DNA from: Octopus bimaculoides | Taxonomy: Eukaryota | Direction of reading: 5' to 3' | Length of the DNA stretch: 49,410 nucleotides | Assembly (NCBI RefSeq): GCF_001194135.2 | Contig: NC_068983.1 | Span: forward strand, 132,546,981-132,596,390 | Part shown: positions 37,601 to 49,410 of the stretch, in pieces | How positions within the stretch are numbered: position 1 is the first letter of the stretch | Layout: each line of letters opens with the position of its first letter | Program-made: the position numbers and the translations under genes | The notes under the pieces: model-generated | Databases searched by the model: none | What the model was told of the DNA's origin: nothing | The model's input: the letters and a program-made list of their open reading frames with translations, nothing else

Positions 37601-38454
37601 TCGATTACAAATATGAAAGCGATCAATAGAACATTTGATTTGTGAAGAATCCGAAGATTGATTAATGAACTTGGAATATATAAAATGCTTTTTTTTTTCG
37701 AGGAAACAATAATGTAAAAGTCTATTAACCGAACATAAAGGAGAAAAACACTGGAATAGTTCTTGTCTAGTAAGTGACAACATCTGACATCGTTGTCAAA
37801 ATTAGGCTTCTCGGAAGAAAAGCGTATGAGTAAGGAACAATCAGATAAGCGATTATCACAAGCTGCTTGTCTAGACCGGCAAGCAGATTAAGGAAGGCCG
37901 TTTTTGGTATAATTATCAAGGACTGAAATAAAGCTCCGTGATCTAATAAACATTCCAATCGTTTGTAGGTAAAATATTGACTGGATATATGTTGAGAAAC
38001 TGTGAGAAAGCGGAAACTTCGAAATGCGAAAATTAGAAATTAAATGAATAGGGATTGTACAGTAAAGTCGTAGCAAAAATAATAGTTATCCTTAAAAATA
38101 ACAGCATCAGCACAACAACCCTGGTAAGCCAAATCTACTCATACTTTAAAATAGAGCCGTAATCGACAGTCAACATTGTACATGAGATAATTTCTATTTA
38201 AAAGCGGAAATCACACAGTATATTTTCCAGATGCATGCATAGACATACACGTTAACACTCTTAAAATACAATGACAGAAATAAAACCTAATAATATAACA
38301 TAACACATACATTGTCTTTTATTACGACCTACCTAATTGAATAACACTTTATTCTATTTTGGAACAGTGAAACCCGAAGCAGAAAAAGCTATAAATAACA
38401 GCATATTTATGAATACTTATGTATACAACATTTAACATGAGTTTCAAATTTGGG

Positions 38455-38642
38455 GAAAAGGCCAGCAATTTTGTTGGGAAAGAAATCGATTACATCGACC
38501 CCAGGTCTCAAATAGTACTCAGAAATGATGAAAGGCAAAGTCGACGATCTCAGTGGAATTAGAACTCAGAACGAAAAGACGGATAAAACACCGTGTAGCT
38601 GTTTTCCCGGCGCGCTAACCATTCTGACAGCTTCCAGCCTTA
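38455..38642 (-). mobile_element. Decayed SINE, alternative tail type
   Basis: atcgattacatcgacccc..gatgaaaggcaaagtcgac..gaactcagaacg..gcgctaac; shares head and core with the 30001 copy. Confidence 0.8.
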
Positions 38643-38859
38643 ACAACACTTAACATTACATAATACACAAATGATACTTTAACTCATCCCAAAAGAACTA
38701 TATATATTGTCAATGTAAGACCACGCTGCTCTCTCTTTGAAAACAAGGAGATGCACCAGGTAGTGCAGTATAAGTTATCATGGAATTGTTGAAGGCATAA
38801 TTACACAAGTAAATATGGAAAATATCGGAGGATGAGAAAAATTGCGATGAAGATGCGGA

Positions 38860-39012
38860 TGACGATGTCGACGACGACGGTGGTAGTGTTGTTGTTGTTC
38901 ATGTTGATGTTGTTGTTGCCGGTGTTGTTGTTGTTGTTGTTGCTGTTGTTGTTGTTGTTGGTGGTGGTGGTGATGGTGGTGGTGGTGTTGGTGGTGGTGG
39001 TGGTGGTATGAT
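38860..39012. repeat. Compound (GAC)/(GTT)/(GGT) trinucleotide repeat
   Basis: Directly visible. Confidence 0.95.
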
Positions 39013-39409
39013 GGTGAGGCGTGAGGATGGGCGAAGATTAGGAAGGTTATGGTGATTTTAATAAGGACGAGGAGATGCAAGGAATATGTAAATAGCGTGA
39101 TTTTGTTTCCTTCTTTTCAGCTCTACCTCCCCCACCCATAATACCTTGGTATTGAAATGGTGGAAACTGGTGAGAAGCGTGTGATGTAAATATTGATAGA
39201 CACATACAAGATTATGATGAGATATTTTGATTTCTCTGATACGAATGTTTCAGTAGTGGTAATTGTAGTCATCACCTCAATAACAAAGCCATCATGTACT
39301 GTATGTTTTTTAATTTTTTATATCCAGCTTATATTTATTATTTTGGTCGTAGTAGATTATGTTGAAATAAAGATATTAATGATATGATGAAAATGGAAAA
39401 TATAAGATC

Positions 39410-39570
39410 TCTTATTATGTTATCCTTTCGAAGACGATATAATAAATACCAGTCGAGTACTAAAGTCAATGTAACTGACTATCCCCTCTCCGAACCAAAT
39501 CTCAGACCTTCTTCCTAGAGTCGAGGAGATTATTATTTCTATCATTAAGGAGGCGAGCTGTCAATATCGA
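39410..39570 (+). mobile_element. SINE 3' half followed by a second truncated SINE head
   Basis: tatcctttcgaagacgatataataaataccagtcgagtact..gtaactgactatcccctctcc, then aaggaggcgagctgtc. Confidence 0.55.
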
Positions 39571-39911
39571 ATATCCCGTTCCGCTCAAGGTCCCTGAATA
39601 AGGATTGTTTAAAGATGATGAACGAAACACTCATGTTTCCTGAGGTGCATTATTCAAACTCCAAATAATCTCTTTGAGCACATGGTTATGATGCGCCCCC
39701 ACTACTCCTGCACGTGATCAGACGTTCATGTATCCTCAGGCACTAAAGGACATAACCCAACTGGTTATGGTCAAGTAAGTGACAAGCAAATCTGCGGTTT
39801 TGAGCAGAATGTTTGCTGTACACCATCTTTTACACCAACACAAAACATACATGTAACACGTTTTCACTTCTAATTAGTAAAGATAAAAAGCTATGATTGC
39901 CATTATTATTA

Positions 39912-39952
<41 letters not shown>

Positions 39953-40145
39953 GAGGGAAAGAGTAGTGCATGCCATCAAAGTGACACTGGGGTAAAGTAT
40001 ACGAAGCCAGTATATACGTCATGACTACGCGCCTGATAAGGGTACACCAGGCACATGCATAATAACCACATGTGCGCGACATGGTGATCTCATATCAAGA
40101 TTAATAGTTCATGACCATGCAGCAGGGGCCTAGATAGATTTTTTC
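39570..40145. mobile_element. Two interspersed-repeat fragments flanking an (ATT)n array (39900-39953)
   Basis: The microsatellite is seen directly. Flanks (ccccactactcctgcacgtgatcag..; gtgcatgccatcaaagtgacactggggtaaa..) resemble recalled high-copy octopus repeats; class not determinable here. Confidence 0.35.
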
Positions 40146-40780
40146 TGACTATAATATGCTTCAATAAACTGCAATTTCAATAGATAGGAATTCAATAATT
40201 ATTAAATCTACATTGATCTCTTGACTTGCATGATCTGTATGCACGTGACGATGTTAAAACTTTGTTTACTGCTTTATTTCAAAATTAGCAAAGTAGTGTT
40301 TAAGAGATATTAAAAAATCTTCGGCAAATATTTAAACTAAATATTGATTATTTTCTTATTACATTGTCCTAAACTTTGAAATATTTTTAATTATAATTAA
40401 TAAATATTATATACATTACAACCATTTTTTTTTTGCACGATACATATGTCTAAAGCAATTTTAGTGGTATTTTATTATATTATTTCTATCAATAGATACA
40501 TATTTAATGTAAAATATTTAATTTTAGATTATTGCATTATTGTAGTAATTACATACATATTTAATGTGCATAATACTTTATATAATTAGAGTTCTGCTTT
40601 CATTATTATAATATGTCTTTCTATCTGACTGAGACTGGTCTTTCAAATCTTGCAGGTCGAGTAACCACATGAAATTATTTATTTGCGAATACGTGTGCAC
40701 GTTTTAGTATTGTTTGTGGCAGATGATGAATGTCAAAAGGAATTATTTTAATATTTTTGTTCGCTACCGTGACATTTCAT

Positions 40781-40998
40781 GGCAGCGAGCTGCCTGAATC
40801 GTTACCGCTACAGAAAATATGCTCAGCGGAGATTTCTTCCGACCATACATTCTGCGTTGAAATACCGCCAAGGCGGACTTTGCCCTCCATCCTTTTTGAA
40901 TCCAAAAAATAAATTCCAATTGATCACTGGGGTCGGTGTAATCAGGTTACCATCTTCCCTCAAATTACTGCCCTTGTGCCAAAGTTTGAAACCAACAT
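40781..40998 (+). mobile_element. Decayed full-length SINE, alternative tail type
   Basis: ggcagcgagctgcctgaatcgtta..gactttgccctccatcc..cactggggtcggtgtaatc..gcccttgtgccaaagtttgaaacc. Confidence 0.8.
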
Positions 40999-43900
40999 TA
41001 TCGTGGCATCTCTGTGAAATATCTTAGCTAAAATTTCCTTATGCATAAATAATGCGATTTCAGTGCCTCATTTGTGCGAGATTCCATACAATTTTAAACA
41101 GAAATGCAGATAAATTATATTTCACGCGGTTTTGGGGGTAAACAATTAAATAGCAACAATTAGCGACAGAAGTAAAGGGCATATTCATTTCTCACTGTTA
41201 TAAAGATTCAACTGAGAATAATCAGTTGTCTTCATCTTTGAATTTCTCTAAATTTAGTTTATGGGTCCTTCACCTACTCACTTCCTTTTCAAAAAGTTCC
41301 TAATTTTTTGGATGCAGCTCTTTGTGAATATTAACCCTAACACTACTCTCTTTGTCACTCGCTTTCAAAGATGTTGTATATACTCATTTACCTGTAGACC
41401 CTGCCATGTTCTACCCCCGTAAATGTTGGTGTTCTCTCTCACAGCATAGACCCTGCATACTCCTGCTAACACAGGTTTGCTGTTTATATGCTGGATTTTA
41501 ATCTCAAAATGCTATATTTCTGATTACTTTTTATGTAAAGTTCACATATTATTAAAGGTATTTTATTTGTATGCATATGTACAAGACACGTATATTTAGA
41601 GTTTGGATAAATCTATAAACACCCTTCACTGTGTTGAGGATGTATTTTCGTTATTGACTACGTACTCCACCTAATCATCGAATTTCGTCTGAATTATAGC
41701 GTTGCTGATGAGTGTAAGCTCGATTTATGTCGAATATTGGTTTGGTTGTTGCTGCATTTTTTTTTTGTCCCAATGCAGAGTTTTTTATCCGTTCCTTCAT
41801 TCCTGCCAGTAAGTTTAATATTTGTTTATGTTGTGAATAATGGCCTATTTGTATGTTGTTCTCTTCACACAACAAAAGTCTACATCAGTGGTTTGTGAGT
41901 CTGTGTAGTTTAATTGATAGGGAACGGGTAACATATGCGTAAGCTTCCATTTGAATGTTTTAGTTAGTGAACTTGAGGATATAGGCAAAACTCTTGCAGC
42001 AATGGTGGTAGAGGGAAATTGATCTTTTTTTTACTTTGATGGTGTCTTGGCAGCTATTGCTTGCAGTCCTACATCTGTAATTGCTGTCTTTATTATAGGT
42101 ACTTCTCCTGTTGCTGTTGCTATAGTGGCTGCTGTTTTTGTTGATTATGTTGTTACTGTTACCATAGCGTTTTATACCTCAGATACTGTGAGGACGTTTG
42201 CACGTTCGCTCTTTAGGTGGTTTATAGCAAAACATGTAGTACCAGTTTTTATATTCTTCTACACTGACAAAAACAGCTGTGTTTTGTTCAGTATTTAAAA
42301 AATTTCGACGGCAGAGAGGATCCATTGCGGTTTTGCTTGGACCATCCCAGTTTTATTTAAGGTGGTTATAGACTTGTCAAAAGGAATAAAACCTTTATCA
42401 TTGCCAGTGTGCACTACAAAATCTCAAACACCCCGTTTCCCAGTCATAACCAGTAGAGATTATGAGTGTCACACGGAAAACAGCTGAAAGTAAGTGAACA
42501 AGTAACACACTTCGCAGCATTAGAAATCCAGCTACCTATGAGATAGGAGAGACCAAATGAAATCTAAAGAGATTGTCTGATATTTTCGAATAAAAACATA
42601 ACCAGAAGGAAATAAACAAAGAAGCAACAGGATAACGCAAAGTAGTGTCACATTTTTGTGATGAGAAAACTTTCTATTAGAAGAAAAGTTTACTTTATGT
42701 CATATACGATGATACGGTGTTCGGTTGCTCAGGTTTTTGGGTGTCAACATCACATAGATTTTTGAGTAAACGCTGACTAGTACAAGGTTGTACCCCCTTT
42801 CTGAACTTTTTAAATCCATACTTTTTACAAAGTGTTTCACATAAAATTGAGACACAGCATATCATGATGTATCTTGTATTCTTTTTGAACAGGCATTTCA
42901 CAAGCTGCTAAAATACGCTAAATATTCCCTTCTCTGATTACATAAATGGTACTTTGAAGCGGAATAAATACACTTACTAGCAGAATTAATGCTTAGTACT
43001 TCATCCCAGGCAGCTATCTGCAAGCACTCAGTTTTTCATTTTGAATCTACAATCCGTAGCCACTCCAATAATGATTTTTCTGTGGAATAAACAGAGTTAC
43101 TATGTTTCGCATTCTTCATGTTTGTATAAAGCTACACTTAATCTAGCACTTCCTTTCGTTCACTAATTCTGCTGCATTCTTACATTCCTCATTTCAAGTT
43201 CTGCACACGCTTGTCATAATTATGTTGTGGCGTATTTTAATAGTATCAGAGATTAATGATCTTTTGTCTCCATTCATGCAAAGAGAAATGTTAAAAGTCT
43301 TCCCCAACAATCTCACCAGTCTTCCGTATTATATATGAACGACTAACTGTTGCCTTTGGACGAAGCATTCTGTGTAAAAAGTTTCTCGATTTAAAAAAAC
43401 ATTTTCTGTGTGTAATAACGCCTTTTCAGCTTTCTGTCGATTAAATATTCCAGCTCTGTGACCCGTTTTTGTTATTAGTATCATTACTCTACTCCTTCTC
43501 ATCCTCATCATTATTTTTATTATTTTTAATATCATTATCATCATCAGCATCGTCATGAATATCATTATTCATTTATTATCATTTTAAATTATAGGGCCCT
43601 AAAGTGGTGTTATCAAAGATCACGGATTTAAATTTTCATTTGTCTGCATTTGTATTGCAGCTTGGAGGGTATTTCTCCTTCCTTTCTTTTATATAATGAA
43701 TATAGCAGTCATGTAATAGTGTTCATTTATGTTGGGTATTTCTGTCCACTAGCACTACTTGGTAATATGTCAATGTAAGAAATCAATTCTTGCTGAACAG
43801 TTTATATTAAATATCTACTTTATCAGTAATATTCTGATGAAACAAACTAAGAGAGAGGGGGAGAAAATGTTTTTGCAATTTGAATTAAATAGTTGCCGAC

Positions 43901-44309
43901 TTGAATGATTTCCACAACACAGAAGTTGACAAGTCTATATCTGTATTCCTACAATGTGATAAATTTTATCATGTGAAGTGAAATCAAAATTTATTTACAA
44001 ATGCTAGCAATAATAATGCTTAAATTTCAACTACTTAGAACATTTTTTTTATTATTTGTGGTGGTGGAGTTGACGAAATTTAAGACGTTGCGAATTGATT
44101 AGTAATAGATGGCCGCGGGGATACTTATATTTCTAAAATCACTATTTCAGTAGCATAATTGATAGAACATTACCATAGAATCCTTACAATATCAGCTTCC
44201 ATTCACTAATGTCTTACCAATTCTTCTACAATAAGATCAACATCAAATAAAAAGAAAATGCAGCTTTATTACAATTCCTGATGTATTTAAAAACGGCTCG
44301 ACATTACTT

Positions 44310-45923
44310 AGCAACAGGGAAAGTGAGACAAGTTCTATTGGTGTATTTCTGTCTCGCAAAGGCGCAGTTTCACTTGAAATGCATTCACTACGACATACAT
44401 ATCACACAGATCCTGCGATTCTATCCCTGGAGCTGGATGTTTAAAACATTGAGATGCCCAGTTACGTCAACCAGAAACACCAACACGTATTTCCACCTTT
44501 CCTCCCGGAGAACGTTGGATTCGTTTCCTTTACTGTCCATGAACTGACTTATCTCCTCAACCAGCTCAAAAACTATGTTGAGGACCTTTCCTCGACTGAG
44601 CCACCACACGTCTGTATAATAAGGCACGTCACCGAACTCTAAATGCATTCCGCGCAGGAAAGAGTTGAAATTGGTGGTGGTTTAATCCTTTGGCTTGGAT
44701 AAAGTTTACAGTTTATGTTACAGAGCTCATTACATGTTCCATTTTAAGGCTTTAGCGCACAGCGTTTCCTAATGTATGGTGCAGTGATATGTTGTCAACT
44801 CACCAGTGCAGTTCCCTTCTTGTATCTTTAAACGTATTCTATTCACTTGTCCACGTTTTCACCGTACATTGCCGGTGCTCCATCTGTTGTAAGTCCAGCA
44901 AGTTTGTCCCAAGACAGTTTCATATCAGTTGCACGTTGACATATTTTTCCAAAAAGTCTTTCCTGTTGTTGCCCTATGCATCGATTTAATATCCTGACGA
45001 ATAAATTGGAGTCCACTCCACGGATAAAGATAACCAGCTGTGCCGTATCAGTCGCCTGAGTAGTTTCATCCACAGCAAGAGAGTATACAACAAAATCTTT
45101 TCCTGTTTCAATCAACTGTGTTTTCAAATAACTGGCCACCTCACACACTCGATCAGCAACCGTATTTCTGTTAATACTCACATTAGCAAACAGCTGCTTT
45201 TAGTCCGGACACAAACGCCACACATATTAATCACGCAGCTCTTCACAAACTCTCCTTCGGTAAATGGCCTGGCTGATTTTGCGATCTCCTCTAACACAAT
45301 AAAACTTGGTTTAACAGCAGCTTCACTTTGTAATTTTGCTTTGGTTAAAAATGTCGGTTTCCCACCGAATTTGAAAGGCTCTGCTTCAGCACCCACTTTT
45401 CTCTTGGCCATTGATATAGATAGTTACTACTACTGAATGACGTCACGTGAAAATGATCACCCGAAAGAGCCGTAAGACGGTTCTTGCGGTGCGTTATGGG
45501 ATTAGTATATTTTGCGTCATCAGCGCTCCACAACATGTGATTAGAGAATCGAATGAGGCGTTTCCGAGCATTCTTTGTTGCAGTTACAATTAAGAATTGT
45601 GCCCGTGTTATCATGCCTTTTTAAAGAGTTTTTGTAGAGACAGGGTGTAACAGATAGAATGGTGTTTTTTGTAGTCGTGTATTAAACTATTTCTACTTTT
45701 GGTGACATACTTAGTAAGACGGGTAGTGCGGTTGGTACTATATATAATGTAATGGCCTGCCTTAGCTATACACTATGTATGTGTAGTTATAACAAGAAGG
45801 CATGTGTGTTACTGAGGGAAGCAAAGCACTCTATTTGCTGATGCCGCCATTTGGATCAATTTCATGCTGGTCAGATGAAATTGCTGCATGGGCCAGAAGT
45901 GGCCCGGGAGTTTGACATGTTTG
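44310..45923 (-). mobile_element. hAT (Buster group, SPIN/OC1/GTF2IRD2-like) transposon relic with 5' TIR
   Basis: MAKRKV..; AKLQSEAAVK..IAKSARPFTEGEFVK; YSLAVDETT..TAQLVIFIRGVD (first D); LTTDGAPAM (second D); YHCTIH*E; GDVPYYTDVWWLSRGKVL; HLNVLNIQLQG; NLSHFP. TIR-like gggccagaagtggcccgggagtttgacatgtttg ends at 45923. The BED finger and C-terminal third are missing. Confidence 0.92.
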
Positions 45924-46862
45924 GTGTAGCATATCGCAGTAATAATTTCAATGGCTTTTGTATCGGTTTCCATGAGGAGTACTCCGATATAAACAGGACT
46001 TATCTGGATGTTTCATTTATCTATTGTTTCCCTTAAAATAGGGTTGGGGAAAGCATTGCCCATTTTATTCTTCAGATTGTCAAGAACTATGAGAAGAGTA
46101 AACAGCGGTTGATGATTCCACAGAAAATTTTGCTTCGATGTGATTTTCAGTTAATCGCTTTTGTATCGAACCACACAGACTCATTCAGTTCTGTCAAGTC
46201 AGTCCCCCCACCAAAAAAAAACATGAGAAAGCGATTGGTCAAAGTGAGTTCTCACAAAAAAATGCAAGTTGTCAAAGGTTATCAAAATATTTCATGCGCA
46301 TATAATCTGGAAGTGAATAAAACTTGATGTGATATTTCTTAATTTCTTGGCACCAATTTGGGTGCCCAGTATGGTCTTTCTGACATATCTGTCTGAACAC
46401 GATCTTGAAATGTATCGCACAGACTATTGATAAAACAAAATTATAACGTAAGAAATCTCTTCTTTAATCGAAACAAGATGAAGTAAATTTCATATTTGTA
46501 TCAGTCAGACACTCATTAAAAAGATATATTATATTAATTAACAAACACAAAATTATTTTGTAAATGTTTAGTATAGAGAGATATTTTCTATTCATTTTTC
46601 AGATATAATTTAATAAAGTAATAAAACTCGCAGAATACATCTGCTGTCAGCAGTTAAATGAGTGTATCAATGGTACTGAACTGCGAAACAAAATGGTATT
46701 TGTTATTAGTAACATTTAACACAGCAGCGTATTAGATACACAGGCGCCATTATCTCTAATGCGCCATATGAATATTGCATAATTTGTAACTGCAGTCATG
46801 CCTTAACAGAGTTTTGTATCAATATTCGTTTCTTATTCGAATTGTAACTATTCTCGTTGTTG

Positions 46863-46863
46863 C

Positions 46864-46915
<52 letters not shown>

Positions 46916-46937
46916 GATGCAGTTGTTGTTGTTGTTG

Positions 46938-46978
<41 letters not shown>

Positions 46979-47003
46979 GATGCAGTTGTTGTTGTTGTTG
47001 TTG

Positions 47004-47035
<32 letters not shown>

Positions 47036-47057
47036 GTTATTATTATTATCATAATTA

Positions 47058-47093
<36 letters not shown>
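46863..47093. repeat. Compound (ATT)n/(GTT)n array with a duplicated gatgca interruption
   Basis: (att)n-gatgca-(gtt)n-(att)n-gatgca-(gtt)n-(att)n. Confidence 0.97.
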
Positions 47094-47094
<1 letters not shown>

Positions 47095-47916
47095 AACTTT
47101 TCATATTGGAACTAATACAGGTACTAATACTTATTTCATTTCAAACTTGACAAGGTGAGAAGCAATGTCAAACAAGACAGCAATGATGACTAATAAATAT
47201 AGGAATGATATTTTGCGAACAAAAATTTATTACTTAACTGGTGAAATGCAGCAACTTATGTGAGAAGTCATCAAAGCTATGAAATATCAATATAACTTGT
47301 TTCATGTGTCTCATTATTCAGCAGTGAACTGGTCAATTTTCGATAGCTAAATACATACATAGAAGTTAACTGAGAGTTAAGTAATCAGCGAATTTTCCAA
47401 CAGCATGATAACGCTAATAGAGTAATAGTTAATGAGAGTATTTCTGAACAGTTCTAAAACGAAAACGGTTTCACAGAAGGTGAGTAATAATGTGTTACAC
47501 GTAATATTGTGGTTTTGAAAAGATTCTTAAATTAGTGATAAATATTTTTTTTTACAAAATTACAGTGTATAACTGTAGTGTAATTGTAAAATAAACGACC
47601 TCCGTTTAAAATGTACAGTAAAGGTTCACGCCTAAATAATGTAGACGAAAATATTGAGCGTGTGAAATCAAGGAGAAACAGTGGAAATATCTATGTGGCA
47701 TTTGAAACCCAATAATACTAAAAATAAAGGTAAAGTTTCCTCCAAAGATTATTCATCCATCATAACAAAAAAGTAACATTGGACAACTCATATCAGGATA
47801 CACAGTAATTCAAAATTTCACATATATACTTCCATACTTTGTCTTATAAAAATATATACACCCACACATACATACATACACATGTATGTGTACATATCTA
47901 TCTATCTCTTACTATA

Positions 47917-48677
47917 NNNNNNNNNNNNNNNNNNNNNNNNNNNNNNNNNNNNNNNNNNNNNNNNNNNNNNNNNNNNNNNNNNNNNNNNNNNNNNNNNNNN
48001 NNNNNNNNNNNNNNNNNNNNNNNNNNNNNNNNNNNNNNNNNNNNNNNNNNNNNNNNNNNNNNNNNNNNNNNNNNNNNNNNNNNNNNNNNNNNNNNNNNNN
48101 NNNNNNNNNNNNNNNNNNNNNNNNNNNNNNNNNNNNNNNNNNNNNNNNNNNNNNNNNNNNNNNNNNNNNNNNNNNNNNNNNNNNNNNNNNNNNNNNNNNN
48201 NNNNNNNNNNNNNNNNNNNNNNNNNNNNNNNNNNNNNNNNNNNNNNNNNNNNNNNNNNNNNNNNNNNNNNNNNNNNNNNNNNNNNNNNNNNNNNNNNNNN
48301 NNNNNNNNNNNNNNNNNNNNNNNNNNNNNNNNNNNNNNNNNNNNNNNNNNNNNNNNNNNNNNNNNNNNNNNNNNNNNNNNNNNNNNNNNNNNNNNNNNNN
48401 NNNNNNNNNNNNNNNNNNNNNNNNNNNNNNNNNNNNNNNNNNNNNNNNNNNNNNNNNNNNNNNNNNNNNNNNNNNNNNNNNNNNNNNNNNNNNNNNNNNN
48501 NNNNNNNNNNNNNNNNNNNNNNNNNNNNNNNNNNNNNNNNNNNNNNNNNNNNNNNNNNNNNNNNNNNNNNNNNNNNNNNNNNNNNNNNNNNNNNNNNNNN
48601 NNNNNNNNNNNNNNNNNNNNNNNNNNNNNNNNNNNNNNNNNNNNNNNNNNNNNNNNNNNNNNNNNNNNNNNNNNNNN
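47917..48677. other. Assembly gap
   Basis: N run followed by (TA)n. Confidence 0.99.
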
Positions 48678-48711
<34 letters not shown>

Positions 48712-48802
48712 CAATAAGAGAATGCAGGAGAACAGGTGGTATTCATCAACTTCCAGACATTGTATCGTCTCAGTTTACCTGTTTATTCGTTTACTAAAAG
48801 GA

Positions 48803-49080
48803 CACTAATAAAAATATACAAACTTTTACCAATCTATATTCTGTACCATGGTTTCAAGTCAATTTTAGTAAGATAAAGATTATATCTTACAAGGTCGGAC
48901 TATCGTCAGCAGAAATGACCAGACAACATATGAAGCACGAATCAGTACGCAGCATGGTTCGTGTTCCTACGTCTAATTTTAAAATATACCGCGTATTTAC
49001 GGTTTACCTAATCGGCAGCAAATACAAAAATGTAAAATGCCGAAATTCCTTCAGAAAATCACTAATAAAAATATACAAAC
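48803..49080. repeat. Perfect 21-bp direct repeat enclosing 236 bp
   Basis: cactaataaaaatatacaaac at 48803-48823 and 49060-49080. Confidence 0.96.
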
Positions 49081-49254
49081 ACATGCGACACATTAAGTCA
49101 TATCAGTAATCAAAAAAGGACGTCTAGTGACAGAAAATGGCAGTATATTGGATAGATATTATTCGTTAGTGGGTTGGATTCACAACTCCTAACATTCTTG
49201 GATATATATATATATACACACACACATATATATATATGTGTGTGTTTATTCTCT

Positions 49255-49390
49255 CGTGTTCCTTCCTGTTGAAGAGCGAAAGCTCGAAACATAACAGACT
49301 TTCTCACCTTCCAGAGCGTTAAACTAATACACCTGTTTGTTGTTTAAACATCTGTCTTCGTCTTTTGTTGGTTTTTTTTGTAAATTCCAA
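49255..49390 (+). mobile_element. PLE-like 3' end with HHR-like motif, followed by (TA)n
   Basis: CTGT-TGAAGAGC-gaaa-GCTC-GAAACATA-ACAG at 49266-49297; the core is one nucleotide off canonical. Confidence 0.55.
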
Positions 49391-49410
49391 CTATATATAT
49401 ATATATATAT

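Noticed and set aside
38778-39080. PolyH/polyQ ORF resembling a transcription-factor low-complexity region
   Set aside because: It is the translation of a compound trinucleotide microsatellite; no domain and no convincing splice context.
41850-42420. ~110-codon N/S-rich open frame and a VVHTGND motif (SGNH-like) on the minus strand
   Set aside because: Low complexity (aac/agc-rich) explains the open frame; the single motif has no supporting blocks.
46796-47158. PolyN/polyI/polyL ORFs (also 11243-11479)
   Set aside because: Microsatellite translations.
2863-48808. Long ORFs of 240-450 aa in the track (e.g. 2863-4203, 16083-17021, 21504-22364, 47839-48711)
   Set aside because: They are open only because they span N-gaps and (TA)n/(GATA)n repeats.
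1-49410. CRISPR arrays, rRNA, prokaryotic operons or defence systems
   Set aside because: No repeat-spacer arrays or rRNA-like sequence; the window is eukaryotic repeat-rich DNA.

Overview
Repeat-rich, AT-rich eukaryotic non-coding DNA (intergenic or deep intron) with six N-gaps, each bordered by (TA)n or (GATA)n. The microsatellite load and SINE families look like an octopod cephalopod such as Octopus; this is an inference from recalled repeat families, not a database hit. No intact host protein-coding gene can be supported, and most ORFs in the track are microsatellite or gap artefacts. Recognisable content: three decayed mariner transposases (one with both TIRs), a Buster/SPIN-OC1-type hAT transposase relic, an R4/Dong-type RT fragment, many tRNA-derived SINEs, and several Penelope-like element (PLE) relics with hammerhead ribozyme (HHR) motifs. 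The most notable structure is at 3908-6474: a Naiad-type PLE reverse transcriptase lacking its GIY-YIG endonuclease, bracketed by ~325-bp inverted pseudo-LTRs. Each repeat carries a full-stem type-I HHR with the same two non-canonical extra nucleotides. The window also has several fold-back structures, two perfect hairpins, an insertion bounded by a perfect 21-bp direct repeat, and a few minus-strand exon-like segments with in-frame stops.
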